DNA of 64,000 bases from Ignavibacteriota bacterium (GTDB lineage Bacteria; Bacteroidota; Ignavibacteria; UBA10030; UBA6906), in assembly GCA_963801355.1 (NCBI GenBank), contig CAWDEM010000008.1, forward strand, positions 288,001 to 352,000, in the 5' to 3' direction. This document shows, in pieces, positions 15,812 through 25,957 of the stretch. The notes below the pieces were generated by a model. That model was not told the origin of the DNA and searched no databases. It worked only from the letters and a program-made list of their open reading frames with translations. The number at the start of each line of letters is the position of its first letter. Within the stretch, counting starts at the first letter, position 1. Position numbers and translations under genes: made by a program.

Positions 15812-16804
15812 ATGAAGCAGAATCCCAGAGTACAGCTTGCGCAGCTGCCGACGCCCATCGAGCCGTTGGAGAAGATCACAGCGCTGCTTGGCGGGGCGCG
15901 GTTGCTTATCAAGCGGGATGACCAGACAGGACTGGCGCTGGGTGGCAACAAGACCCGGAAGCTTGAATACTTGATCGCGGATGCACTTGCCAGGAACGCC
16001 GATGTCATCCTCACGGCGGGGGCGGCACAATCGAACCACTGCCGGCAGACAGCCGCTGCTGCAACAAAGTTTGGCTTGCGGTGTATGCTTGTGGTCGGTG
16101 GAAGCAAACCGGATATTCCCAACGGCAACCTGTTGCTTGACAGCATGCTCGGCGCGGAAATTCATTGGACCGACAGAGACCGCCGCGGGGAGATGATGGA
16201 AGAGATTGCGACCCGGCTGCAGCGGGAAGGGCACAGACCCTATATCATCCCGATCGGCGGTTCGAACGGTATCGGTGCGCAAGGCTACGTTTCAGCTGCG
16301 CGGGAGGCCGTCGATCAGCTGGCCGCGATGGGCGAGCACGTCGGCACGATGGTAGTCGCTTCAAGTTCCGGCGGCACGCAGGCAGGGCTCGCACTCGGCG
16401 CGAAGCTCGCGGGGTATGAAGGCAGGATCCTCGGTATCAGCATAGACAAAGGGGATCGCGGGCCTGACCGGTACGAAGTTGAGTTGGCTGGGATCGCGAA
16501 TGCCGCCGCGGAAGTGATGGGCGTCAGTGCACGAATGGCACCCGAGGAGTTCTCGGTGGAGTACGGGTATTTGGGTGAGGGGTACGGCATCGTGGGTTCT
16601 CTTGAGCGGGAGGCGCTTTCGCTCTTGGCAAAACAGGAAGCGATCATCCTCGATCCCGTCTACACGGGGCGTGCGTTCGGTGCGCTGCTTGACATGATGC
16701 GCAGAGGTGCGTTCAGAAACGACGGAAGCGGGGGGAGCGTGCTGTTCTGGCATACCGGTGGTGCCGCGGCGTGCTTTGCGTACGCAAAGGACATAGCTAT
16801 CTAG
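15812..16804 (+). CDS. dcyD: D-cysteine desulfhydrase family PLP enzyme
   Basis: PTPIE, KRDD..GGNKTRKLEYL, QSNHCR, SSSGGTQAG; LDPVYTG and HTGG lack the Glu/Leu diagnostic of ACC deaminase. Confidence 0.88.
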   Translation: MKQNPRVQLAQLPTPIEPLEKITALLGGARLLIKRDDQTGLALGGNKTRKLEYLIADALARNADVILTAGAAQSNHCRQTAAAATKFGLRCMLVVGGSKPDIPNGNLLLDSMLGAEIHWTDRDRRGEMMEEIATRLQREGHRPYIIPIGGSNGIGAQGYVSAAREAVDQLAAMGEHVGTMVVASSSGGTQAGLALGAKLAGYEGRILGISIDKGDRGPDRYEVELAGIANAAAEVMGVSARMAPEEFSVEYGYLGEGYGIVGSLEREALSLLAKQEAIILDPVYTGRAFGALLDMMRRGAFRNDGSGGSVLFWHTGGAAACFAYAKDIAI

Positions 16805-16813
16805 AACGCTGTC

Positions 16814-18206
16814 TCAGCAGATCTTCTTCACAATTTCCGCCTCGCGCCGGTTTGGATTCCGGATCAGTATCAACATGCTCACCATCGCGGTCAACGCGAT
16901 CGCGCTGGTCCCGAAAAAGATCGGCTCGAACGAATACGTATCGGACACCCAACCGATGAGGAAGGTGGAGAGGATTGTCCCGAGACCCGCGCCGGTACCC
17001 GAGATACCGCTGACCGAGGCGACCGAGCCGCTTGGGAAGAGGTCAGACGGCAGGACGAGAATCATTGTCGAGAACGAAGCGTACGCAAACGTGGAGAAGC
17101 CGAAGAGGGCCGCAAGCGCAATGGGGCTGGAGACGAATGCCGTCGTGGAGAGCATCGCCATTCCCAGGCCGCCGAACCAGATCACGGCTTTGCGGGCCTT
17201 GCCGACGGACCACCCACGCCGGATGAGCCAGCTCGACATTCCACCTCCGAAGAAATTGCCGAGATCAGCCGCAAGGAAGGGGATCCAGAACACTAAAATT
17301 CCTTCCTCGATGGCAATGCCCTTTGCCACTAGGAACACAGCAAACCAATCCGCGATGAAGAACCAGACGGGATCAGTGAGAGACCGTCCGATGATCACTC
17401 CCCAGGTCTGGGGGAAGTCTCAGCAGTGCACGCCAGCTGATTTTCGCACCTTCGTCGGATCCCGTAGGATCGTCTGACCGTTCTGTCCGGATCATGGCAA
17501 GTTCTTTTTCGCTGATACGGGGATGCTCCTCCGGCCGATGATACAGGAAACGCCACGCGATCAGCCAGATGAAGCCCAGGGTTCCTGTCAGCACGAACGC
17601 CAGCCGCCACCCACCGAACGTGTGGTAAAGCCAGATGACCAGAAACGGCGCAACGACCGCCCCGACCGACGAGCCGCTGTCGAAAAGGGCAACAGCCCAG
17701 CCGCGCTCGCGCTTGGGGAACCACTCAGCCACCGCCTTCGTCGCACCCGGCCAATTCGCTGACTCGCCCGCCCCCAGAAGAAAACGAAAGATGCAGAAGC
17801 TCCGGAGTCCGCTGGCAAACGATGTCACCATTGCTGCGATGGAATACCAGAGCACAGTCAAGGACAGGCCTTTCCGCGTCCCGATCCTGTCCAGAATCCT
17901 GCCCCAGGCCGCCTGGCCTATCGCATAAGCAACGCGGAAGGAAATAACCACAAGCGCGAAATCCTGATTGTTCCAGTGGTACTCATCCTTCAGAAACGGT
18001 GCCAGCACAGAGAGTGTCTGTCGGTCGATGTAATTGATGACCGTGGAGACAAAAAGCAATCCTCCAATCCACCATCGCAGGGCCGGAAGAGGCCTTACGT
18101 GAAAAGTCCTTCCCGGTACCGGGTTCGTGTTATCCGCTTCGGGCTGCGGAGAAACCGGCGGTTGGGATGGTGTGGAAGCCATCGGATACTTTCTGGCAGA
18201 ACTCAT
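16814..18206 (-). CDS. MFS transporter, hexuronate (ExuT)-like; frameshift near 17400
   Basis: [46 protein letters not shown] in one frame; LTDPVWFF and C-terminal half in another. Confidence 0.85.
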
Positions 18207-18213
18207 GAGTGTG

Positions 18214-20097
18214 CTACTTGTCGAGTACGGTGAAGGTGTACGACACGGTCTGCTCGAGCGCTCCGGCCGCCGGGATGACATGGATCTCGATGGGAAAGGC
18301 TTTCAGAGCCGGATACGGCCAGCGATACATTTTCCGGTCCCGCCCGGCCATCAGACGCACGTCGCCCGAATCTACGTGGAAGACCACCTCCCGCCGTGAA
18401 CCGGCAATGCGTATCGTTCCGGCATCGGTTTGCCGGTAGGTCATCCCGTTGTGGTCGATCACAGGCTCCACGATGGTAATCTCCGGCTGCGCATCACGAT
18501 AGTGAAGAGTCACGGTCTTCCGGATGGAGGTGTCGGAAATCGTGTGATGCAAAGTATACCCGACCGCTCCGTTCAACCATGTGCTGTCTCTGAGTTCGCC
18601 GGTGGCGGACAAGGTGAAGACCGATGTGTCCTGGCGATGCGTTTCCAGGACAGCATCGTACTCAAACAGATTTGTGTAATAGCCGGTGGAATCCTCATAC
18701 TCGATTCGTGGGGTAAGGCTTTTTAATTCCCCCATCACCGGAAAGCTCATCGGCTCCCATCGATAGTAGAATGTCTGGCTTGATGATTGGAGGGATCCGT
18801 GATCTTTCAGCCACAGATTTGATATGACCCCGCCCGTCGGCCGGTACATGTACTTGCTTCCCGACCGTTTGGCGTAGTCCTTGTAGCGGTACGCCGTCAC
18901 GGTTGCCATGAAATTCTTTGTACGTACCTCGACGACGTCGAGTGTCGGAAAGAGCTTCATCCAGCCGGGCAGTTCGGTCGGAAGTGCTGCGGCAGGCCGT
19001 ACGTCCCGCGTGTCCACCTCATAGGCAAGCGCCAGGTTCTTGGCTTTTGTGAAGGTCGGATATATGCAAGGATCCTTTGAGAAGATATCCCAATAGTGGG
19101 GTCCGTATCCGACCAGTCCATCCTTAACGTTCGTTCTCAGATAAGCGAGGTTCATGACCGCAGCAGATGCAAAGCGGGGATCGTCATCCGCGAACAAGGC
19201 AAAAAGTACCTGACAGCCATCGGAAGTTGCGCTTCCGTAGGTCGTCCACTTGTTGGAACGAATTCCCCAGGATCCATCCATGGAGCCGTCCGGATAGATG
19301 AAATACAGGTGATTGGCAAGCGATGTTCGCACCCGTTCCCTGACGCGTTCGTCGCCGGTAAGCCAGGCATAATACCCCAGGCCCCAGAGCGACATCTCCA
19401 TATCGTATCCCAGGTCCACGCCCAACTTGTTTCCGAGGCGGCCCCGTCCGCCCTCCGCGCTGATAAATCCATCGCGATCCATCTTCGCTATGGTCCGGCG
19501 GGCGAGTTCTTTCGCCCTTCCCGAATAATCGCTTTTGGGTATCAATGTGTATGTGGAAGCCAGGGATGCGGCAGTGGTGGCGCAATAGTTGATGCTGGCA
19601 AATTCCGGGGTCATCACTCTGGTGAGATAGTCGGCGGCCTTCTCTATCGAAGTCTTCCAGGCGATCCGTTGCCTCTCATTGAGCAGGCCGGACAGATGGC
19701 TGTACGCCAGCACCATCATCAGCAGTTGATCGGTCGTGGTTCCGGTCCACTCTTCAGGAGTCTCCTTCCAGCTGCCGTCCTTCTGCTGCTGTTTGATCAG
19801 CCAATCACCGAGAGCAACGGCAGAGCGCGCATACTGTGCGTCTCCGGAGATGCGGGAGGCTACCGCAAATGGATAGAGTGCTTCTGCCGCACGAGTGTGG
19901 AGAACCCCGCAGTGATCGCATCGCAGAGCCCCGTAGTTTTCGTCTGCCTTGTCCGCGATCTGTCGGCTCGTCAGCGCAGGCACAAACTCCATCAACGTGG
20001 ATGCAAGCTCTTTCCGCAGAGCGATATCATGCGAGGATTGGGCGCATGCGGAAGCCGCGGAAACCAACAGGAGCAGAAGTAGTATACGCTGACGCAT
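18214..20097 (-). CDS. Secreted hypothetical protein (predicted helical toroid plus beta-rich C-terminal domain)
   Basis: 627-aa ORF with signal peptide [20 protein letters not shown]; QQKDGSW and [11 protein letters not shown] repeats; in the operon between GH28 and the MFS. Confidence 0.75.
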   Translation of the reverse strand: MRQRILLLLLLVSAASACAQSSHDIALRKELASTLMEFVPALTSRQIADKADENYGALRCDHCGVLHTRAAEALYPFAVASRISGDAQYARSAVALGDWLIKQQQKDGSWKETPEEWTGTTTDQLLMMVLAYSHLSGLLNERQRIAWKTSIEKAADYLTRVMTPEFASINYCATTAASLASTYTLIPKSDYSGRAKELARRTIAKMDRDGFISAEGGRGRLGNKLGVDLGYDMEMSLWGLGYYAWLTGDERVRERVRTSLANHLYFIYPDGSMDGSWGIRSNKWTTYGSATSDGCQVLFALFADDDPRFASAAVMNLAYLRTNVKDGLVGYGPHYWDIFSKDPCIYPTFTKAKNLALAYEVDTRDVRPAAALPTELPGWMKLFPTLDVVEVRTKNFMATVTAYRYKDYAKRSGSKYMYRPTGGVISNLWLKDHGSLQSSSQTFYYRWEPMSFPVMGELKSLTPRIEYEDSTGYYTNLFEYDAVLETHRQDTSVFTLSATGELRDSTWLNGAVGYTLHHTISDTSIRKTVTLHYRDAQPEITIVEPVIDHNGMTYRQTDAGTIRIAGSRREVVFHVDSGDVRLMAGRDRKMYRWPYPALKAFPIEIHVIPAAGALEQTVSYTFTVLDK

Positions 20098-20157
20098 GAA
20101 TGAACTCCCGTGCCATGGTTCACGTAAACCGGCCATCAATTGCAGCAGACACACCAC

Positions 20158-21816
20158 CTATCGGAAATTTCCCTCCGAGACCACGCCCACACCGCGTTCC
20201 GCCGTGAAGTCCTTCGTGACGTTGCGAAAGAGATTCCCATGCAGGAAGATGTCCCGGGACCGGCTCCCGCGAACCTGCAAAAAGGTTTCTGTCCGTGATG
20301 CGGGCGCAGAATGCCGGATGGTAATGGCACGCGAGTCTTCAACCGTGATGAATGCTTCGCTGAGGGAGTCCACATCCGCGCGAAGTCCGTCGACGATCCC
20401 GTTCTCCACGTCCACCAGGCGTACGACAGGACGCATGTCCCGCGTCTTGCAGTCGAGCGTCCAGTCTACTACAGAAATGCCGCGGGCATGACGGACGTAC
20501 AGCCCGTATGCAGGCAACTTGTCCCATGCAGTGCTCTCGGGATAGATGTCCTCGAGTTCAGGCATTTCCTTTTCCGCATCCGCTGCAGTGCCACCGCCGG
20601 CATACGTGACACGGATGTTGCTCAGTCTGACGTTTTCTACCGGATGACCCGGGATGCCGCTGACGGAGCATCCGATTGCCCCTGCATTGCTGACGATCAG
20701 ATCGTGAACAGAAATATTTCGCACGACCCCGGCAGGCGGAACCGGGGCTGACGGCGTGTACTTCCTTGCACGGTTCCCGAGTCTCACATACACAGGTACC
20801 CGGGGTCCATCAATCGTGATATTCCCGATAGTGATCCCTTCCATGATTCCCCCGTCGACCACCGCGAGGGTAATCCCGCTGATCCCCGCAGCATGTCCCG
20901 ACAACACCGTATCGGCCATCGAGGGCTTCACCACGATATTCGACACCGTGATGTTGCGGAATCCGCCGGTGGATTCGGTACCGCATTTGATGGCATTACA
21001 GTGACTGCTCAGGATGCAGTTGGTGATCGTGACATTCTCGGTCATAAGGGGTGAAGTGCTCTTAAGCGTGATAGCATCATCATCGGTATCCCCGATGCAG
21101 TCGGAGATCACGACATTCTTGCATCCGTCGATATCCATCATGTCGTTGTTCTTGTTGGCGTGGTTGTACACCCTGATCCCGTGGATGATCAGGTTGTCAC
21201 ACCCGAGGTAGTGTTGCATCCACATGGCGGAGTTCCGCATAGTGATCCCCTGGATGCGCACGGAAGTGCATCCCACGAAACGGAGAAGGTACGGCCGGTT
21301 CATGTAACGGTCCGGTCTGACCGTCGTTGTAACCTTGAACGCGCCTCCCTGACCATCGATTGCTCCTTCACCACGAATCGAGATATTCTCCGCTCTCTCA
21401 GCATAGAACAGGCTGTATTTCAAGAAGACGTCATTGTACGAACGGAAAGCCGGAACATGCTCTGCATAGTCCTTCAGGTCCTTGCTCCCCAGAATCACTG
21501 CTCCGGCTGCTATGTAGAGATCGACATTGCTTTTTAGGTCGATGGAGCCTGTCAGGAAATTCCCCGCAGGGACAAACACCGTCCCGCCCTGGCTTGCACA
21601 ACGGTCGATAGCCGACTGAAGCGCCTTTGTATCCAGAGTGACGCCGTCCCCTACCGCCCCGAAATCCCGGACGTTGTATGAAATGCCGGATTGACTGGCG
21701 AGGGATGCTGCTCCGCAGAGCATGAGCAATCCGGTCAGAAGCATCGTATTTCGAAGACGCGTTGTCATATTCATGCCGGTTGGATCGAGCTCCGAAAGAA
21801 GTGGCTGACGGATCAT
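20158..21816 (-). CDS. Glycoside hydrolase family 28 (beta-helix)
   Basis: YNVRDFGAVGDG..DTKALQSAID, LKSNV, NNDMMDID, TDDDAITLKS, CNAIKCGTES, PAYGLYVRH. Confidence 0.88.
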   Translation of the reverse strand: MIRQPLLSELDPTGMNMTTRLRNTMLLTGLLMLCGAASLASQSGISYNVRDFGAVGDGVTLDTKALQSAIDRCASQGGTVFVPAGNFLTGSIDLKSNVDLYIAAGAVILGSKDLKDYAEHVPAFRSYNDVFLKYSLFYAERAENISIRGEGAIDGQGGAFKVTTTVRPDRYMNRPYLLRFVGCTSVRIQGITMRNSAMWMQHYLGCDNLIIHGIRVYNHANKNNDMMDIDGCKNVVISDCIGDTDDDAITLKSTSPLMTENVTITNCILSSHCNAIKCGTESTGGFRNITVSNIVVKPSMADTVLSGHAAGISGITLAVVDGGIMEGITIGNITIDGPRVPVYVRLGNRARKYTPSAPVPPAGVVRNISVHDLIVSNAGAIGCSVSGIPGHPVENVRLSNIRVTYAGGGTAADAEKEMPELEDIYPESTAWDKLPAYGLYVRHARGISVVDWTLDCKTRDMRPVVRLVDVENGIVDGLRADVDSLSEAFITVEDSRAITIRHSAPASRTETFLQVRGSRSRDIFLHGNLFRNVTKDFTAERGVGVVSEGNFR

Positions 21817-24339
21817 GGGACCCGGGTCATCACAATTTCTGTGAGGACTCCCGGAGGAAGCGTCAAGGGGACATGTTCACCTGGCGTTGTCACAGAGACG
21901 GTTGTCTTGACGATCCGGCCTTGTGATCGCAGTTCCAGCGTGTAGCGGCCACGTGCAAGCCGCCAGGGCCTCATGATCACCTTTGTATCCCCATCATTAA
22001 AGTTGAACGCATCCACAGTCAGGAGAGATTCAGTCGAGGTTTTGGCGAGAATGGCCAGATGTTCGTTTGTCTCGCGCCATGACACGGCAAAGTAGGGGGA
22101 ATTACCCTCGGGAGTGGCATCTCCGGAGATCATGGCTTTGAGATGTTCTGTGCCCGGGATCCTGACCCGGTCTGTGTGCATCACCAGCGATGTCCGGAGG
22201 GGAGCATTGTAGCGAAGTGTCTCGAGCAGCTCAAGCAGTCCATCTTCGAGAGATTCCTCGCCCTTTGTGAGCTGGTATTTGAGATAGGGTGTACTCTGTT
22301 TCGCAATGAGGTCGTCGAAGGCGTCATTTCCCGTGAGCATCCGCCATTTCTGCACGGTCGACCAGAAGGCATTGTTGCGGAGCAAACATTCGGCTACCCA
22401 TGGTTCGCTTCCCGGCTCGAAAGTGCGCTTGCTGAGGTCTTTCTGAGCGGCCAGCTGGTTCTTCACGAGCTGTAGAGTAAGTTCCATCGGGCGGAGCAGG
22501 GAATCGTTGCCGGTAAGACCGTACGTGAACACCAGGTGGTCCAGAATGGTCCCGCCGCACCTGCTGGACCAGGAATAATAGTCCCACATCATGTTAGGCT
22601 CGTACCAAGTGGGTTCATCGCCGTTGATCGCTTCATCGGACCAGCGGATCGACGCCGGGACGATGCCTGCCGGTTTTCCTTTGTCGGTACGGAGGGAGGC
22701 GGAGAGCCATGCACGCGCCCATTCATCGGTCAACCGTACATACCGTTCGTCGCGGGTCGCCCAGGCAAGGTAGCGCAACGGTTTCAGCGCGCGGGAGTTC
22801 ATCTCCAGATCACGATTGCGGGGAGGACGTTCGTCGATGCCGGTTGCCCCGAGCCATGCCGACTTGAAGAAGCGGTGGCCGTATCTGTTCTTCGCAGACC
22901 AGAGGTGTTCGAAGTAATCGGGGGTGAACATCAATCGTTTCAGGTAGGTGGAGTCATCGTCGACGAGCAGCAGCTCGGGGGTGGAATCTGAAATGAACTC
23001 AGCCGAATGTTCGACATCCCGCACGTATTTTGAGTATCCATTGTGCACACGCGGATTAACCCAGACGGCATCGGCAAGTCGCTTCCACCCGCGTATGGTC
23101 GTCTCATCGCCGAAGAGCAACATCGGAATCCACGTACGCAGGATTTCCACATCGTCGTCGATCTTCCCTCCCAATTCACCGTTGGCGCTCTGGCGCGTGT
23201 TGACCCACCAATCGATTTCGAATTTGAGGCGGCTGATCGCCTCGCGCTCCAGCACGGCCCAGCGGGGAGGATTCGCCGGTGCAGGGAGATGGTCGCTGGG
23301 ATCGGGGAGGTCGATCCGCCGCCCGTTCAGCATGGCCAGCGTCCGATCCTCCGGGTACCGCCCAAGCAGCCAGCGGAGATCCTCGCGTCCGATTCGCGCC
23401 TGATACCATCCTCCTCGTTCGAGCACCAGATCGTAACAGAGTTTTCCCCTGACCCAGCGTGCACGTTCGATCAGGGGATTCGTTTCCTGCGGGAAGTTCT
23501 CGATGTTCGCGTCGAGCAGCATCAACGCCTGGTGCATGCGATCGAAGATCGATACTCCGGTGATCTGCGTGGCCCACTCCCATCCCTCCATGTTCCTCAG
23601 GCGCTCTGCTTCGGCCAGCAGTCCCATCTGCTGGCGCCAGTAGAACAGTCGTTCATCCGAAGGATTGTTTTCCAGTTCAATGGTCAACGCGCGGAAGAGT
23701 GCCTCGGAGGAGACAGTCGACCCGTATTTCCCGGCATCCGTAATCAACCGGCCGGGCTTCGAATCCGGGATAGGGGCACTGCCGTCGCCGGGTATGAATG
23801 TGCATCCGAGCAGCCGGACGGAATCCCGTACGCCGCGCAACTCGAACGAAAGTCCGGGAGCGGTCAGAGCAGAATTGAGATGGATGACCCTGTAGACGGC
23901 AGAGGGCGCGGTTCGGCCTTCTTCGTCCGGTTTCAGCATGTGCCAAACGACCGGGCGGGGACTGCCGTTGATGCTGAGGAGCGTCGTTGCAGAATCTTCG
24001 TATCCAACTTCCATCCAGAACGTGAACCACCAATCACCTTTCGGAAGATCGATGCGAAAGTTGAAGTCTTCGCGGTCACTCCGTCGGAGGTCAACTCGTC
24101 ACGCAGCGTTCCGTTGCGTTCCTTCTCTTTCGTGAATGCGGAGTCCACCGGAGTGGTCCATCCGAATCCTCGAGCCTCGGTGTACGGATCAGCCGCCGTG
24201 AGCGGAATTGAAAACCGTTCGACGGTGCCTCCTGCGGGTCCCGCGTCAAACGCGTACGGCCTTGTTGTCAGTTCTGCAGCAAGGAGGGGAGGAAGGAGAA
24301 GAGCGAGGAGCGGGGCAACGTGAAAGCCCTGATGCGCAT
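21813..24339 (-). CDS. Large secreted hypothetical protein (~840 aa) with N-terminal CBM-like beta-sandwich; frameshifts near 24320 and 24065
   Basis: Joined frames read MRIRAF..APLLALLLPPLLAAE..AFDAG..YTEARGFGW..LRD..FRIDLPKGDWWFTFWMEVG into the 733-aa ORF 21813-24014. Confidence 0.65.
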
Positions 24340-24687
24340 GTGTTGAGTCCCTGTGGCCATGGTTAAAAGAAGTATACGCAATTCAGAAAGCGAATGTCAA
24401 GGCACACTCGCATGATCGCATCGCCCGCGTGATCGCGTCGCGATGGATGTCGTCGCAATCGCCATGAGTGCAGGGAACCCATCCAGCAGCACGAACGTTG
24501 AGAATAGCAAAATGAATTCCGAATCCGGCGACAGCAATTCCTCCGGGAAAGGTCTTCACAGGACTCGCATCCGGTGTGCACAGCATCCTGCGGGGTGCGA
24601 ATGAAGAGAAGAAGTGAGGATGTCTCATCCGGGATCGTATCCCTGAGAATGTACTCTAGGTATTTCCTGCGATCCCAAAAATAATGC

Positions 24688-24716
24688 TTGATTTTCTTTG
24701 AGCTTTGCAGTATGTT
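24688..24716 (+). promoter_or_regulatory. Sigma70 promoter TTGATT-N17-TATGTT for the regulator/TonB operon
   Basis: -35 at 24688-24693, -10 at 24711-24716. Confidence 0.65.
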
Positions 24717-24720
24717 TCCC

Positions 24721-24747
24721 CTGGTTTACCAGGTATACCAGGTATAT
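24721..24747. promoter_or_regulatory. Putative GntR-family operator array
   Basis: CTGGTTTACCAG palindrome overlapping tandem TACCAGGTA repeats (ctggtttaccaggtataccaggtata), across the predicted +1. Confidence 0.6.
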
Positions 24748-24784
24748 CCCTCAGAGCTTTTCCGAATCGGTGGACGCGCAAAAA

Positions 24785-25914
24785 ATGCCAGTGGATCTGA
24801 AGAAACCCGCACCTCTCTACTTGCAGATCGCGGAAGATATCAGCTCCAGGATCGGTTCCGGGACCGTTCACATCGGTGACCAACTCGGTTCGCAACAGGA
24901 ACTCTCCCGTGAGTACAGGGTGAGCCTGATGACGGTGAAGAAGGCGCTCTCGCATCTGGCGCATCAAGGTTGGATCTACAGCCGGGTGGGGAAGGGATCT
25001 TACGTCGCCAGACAGTCGCCGCAGCCGCAGCCGGTGATCCACCATTCCATCGGGATCGTCCTCGAGAACCTCCAGAGTGCGTTCTTCTCGATGATCGTGC
25101 AGGCCGCCGAGGAAGCCGCGTACCACAAGGGGTACAATGTTCTCCTTTCCAATTCTTCAGGAGAAACGGAAAAAGAAGAGCGACAGATCCGGCATTTCCG
25201 GGAAATAGGCGTGAGCGGGCTGATCATCGCGTCCCTCCGTCACGTGTACCATGCGACGCCGACGATCCAGATGCTGCGTCGGGAGGAATTTCCCTTTGTG
25301 ATGGTCTCCTACATGGAGGACCGGGAAATCCCGTTCGTCGGGACTGATCATGAAGAGGGCGGTTACATGGCCGCAAAACATCTCCTGGGACAAGGATACA
25401 AACGGATCGGGTACGTCAACGCCGAGCGGGGAAACCTCGTCGGCGAATTGCGGAAGAAGGGATTTGTCCGTGCTCTCCGCGAGGCGGGGGAGATCTGGAT
25501 CCGCGGTTTCACTTTCGCATTCCGGTCCACGGCGTCAGGGACTACTTTCAGGGCGGCTATGAGATCGGACAGAGGCTCGCACGTTCGCCGGGCCAGCGTC
25601 CCGATGCTCTCTTCCCCTACAACGATTCCACAGCGCTCGGTTTCGAAAAGGCGGCAATTGAAGCGGGCCTCTGCATTCCGGACGACATCGCGATCATAGG
25701 ATTCGACAACATCGAGCAGGGGAAGTACGCCGCCGTGCCGCTGACGACGATACAACAGCCTACGGCACGCATTGGCGCTCAGGCCTTCAACGTTCTGTTC
25801 GGAAAAATCGAGGGGAGAGAAGTTCAGGTGCGCACGGTCTTCTTGCCGGGGCTCGTCATCCGGGAGTCCTGTGGCTGCGGCGCTGCTACGGCTGTGCCGG
25901 GGACGCGGTTGTAA
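24785..25914 (+). CDS. GntR-HTH + LacI-type sensor transcriptional regulator (AraR-like); frameshift near 25500
   Basis: PLYLQIAE..ELSREYRVSLMTVKKAL..VGKGSYV; after the shift PDDIAIIGFDNI, PLTTIQQP, LVIRESCG. Confidence 0.88.
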
Positions 25915-25957
25915 CCACTGATTCAAGACAACTTCAACAAACCGCGCAGGAGTCGTG

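Noticed and set aside
15812-16804. ACC deaminase
   Set aside because: Has DPVYTG and HTGG rather than the DPVYEG/HLGG residues of true ACC deaminases
24403-24470. TCGC-rich imperfect repeats upstream of the left operon
   Set aside because: Low-complexity GC pattern with no consistent period or convincing stem
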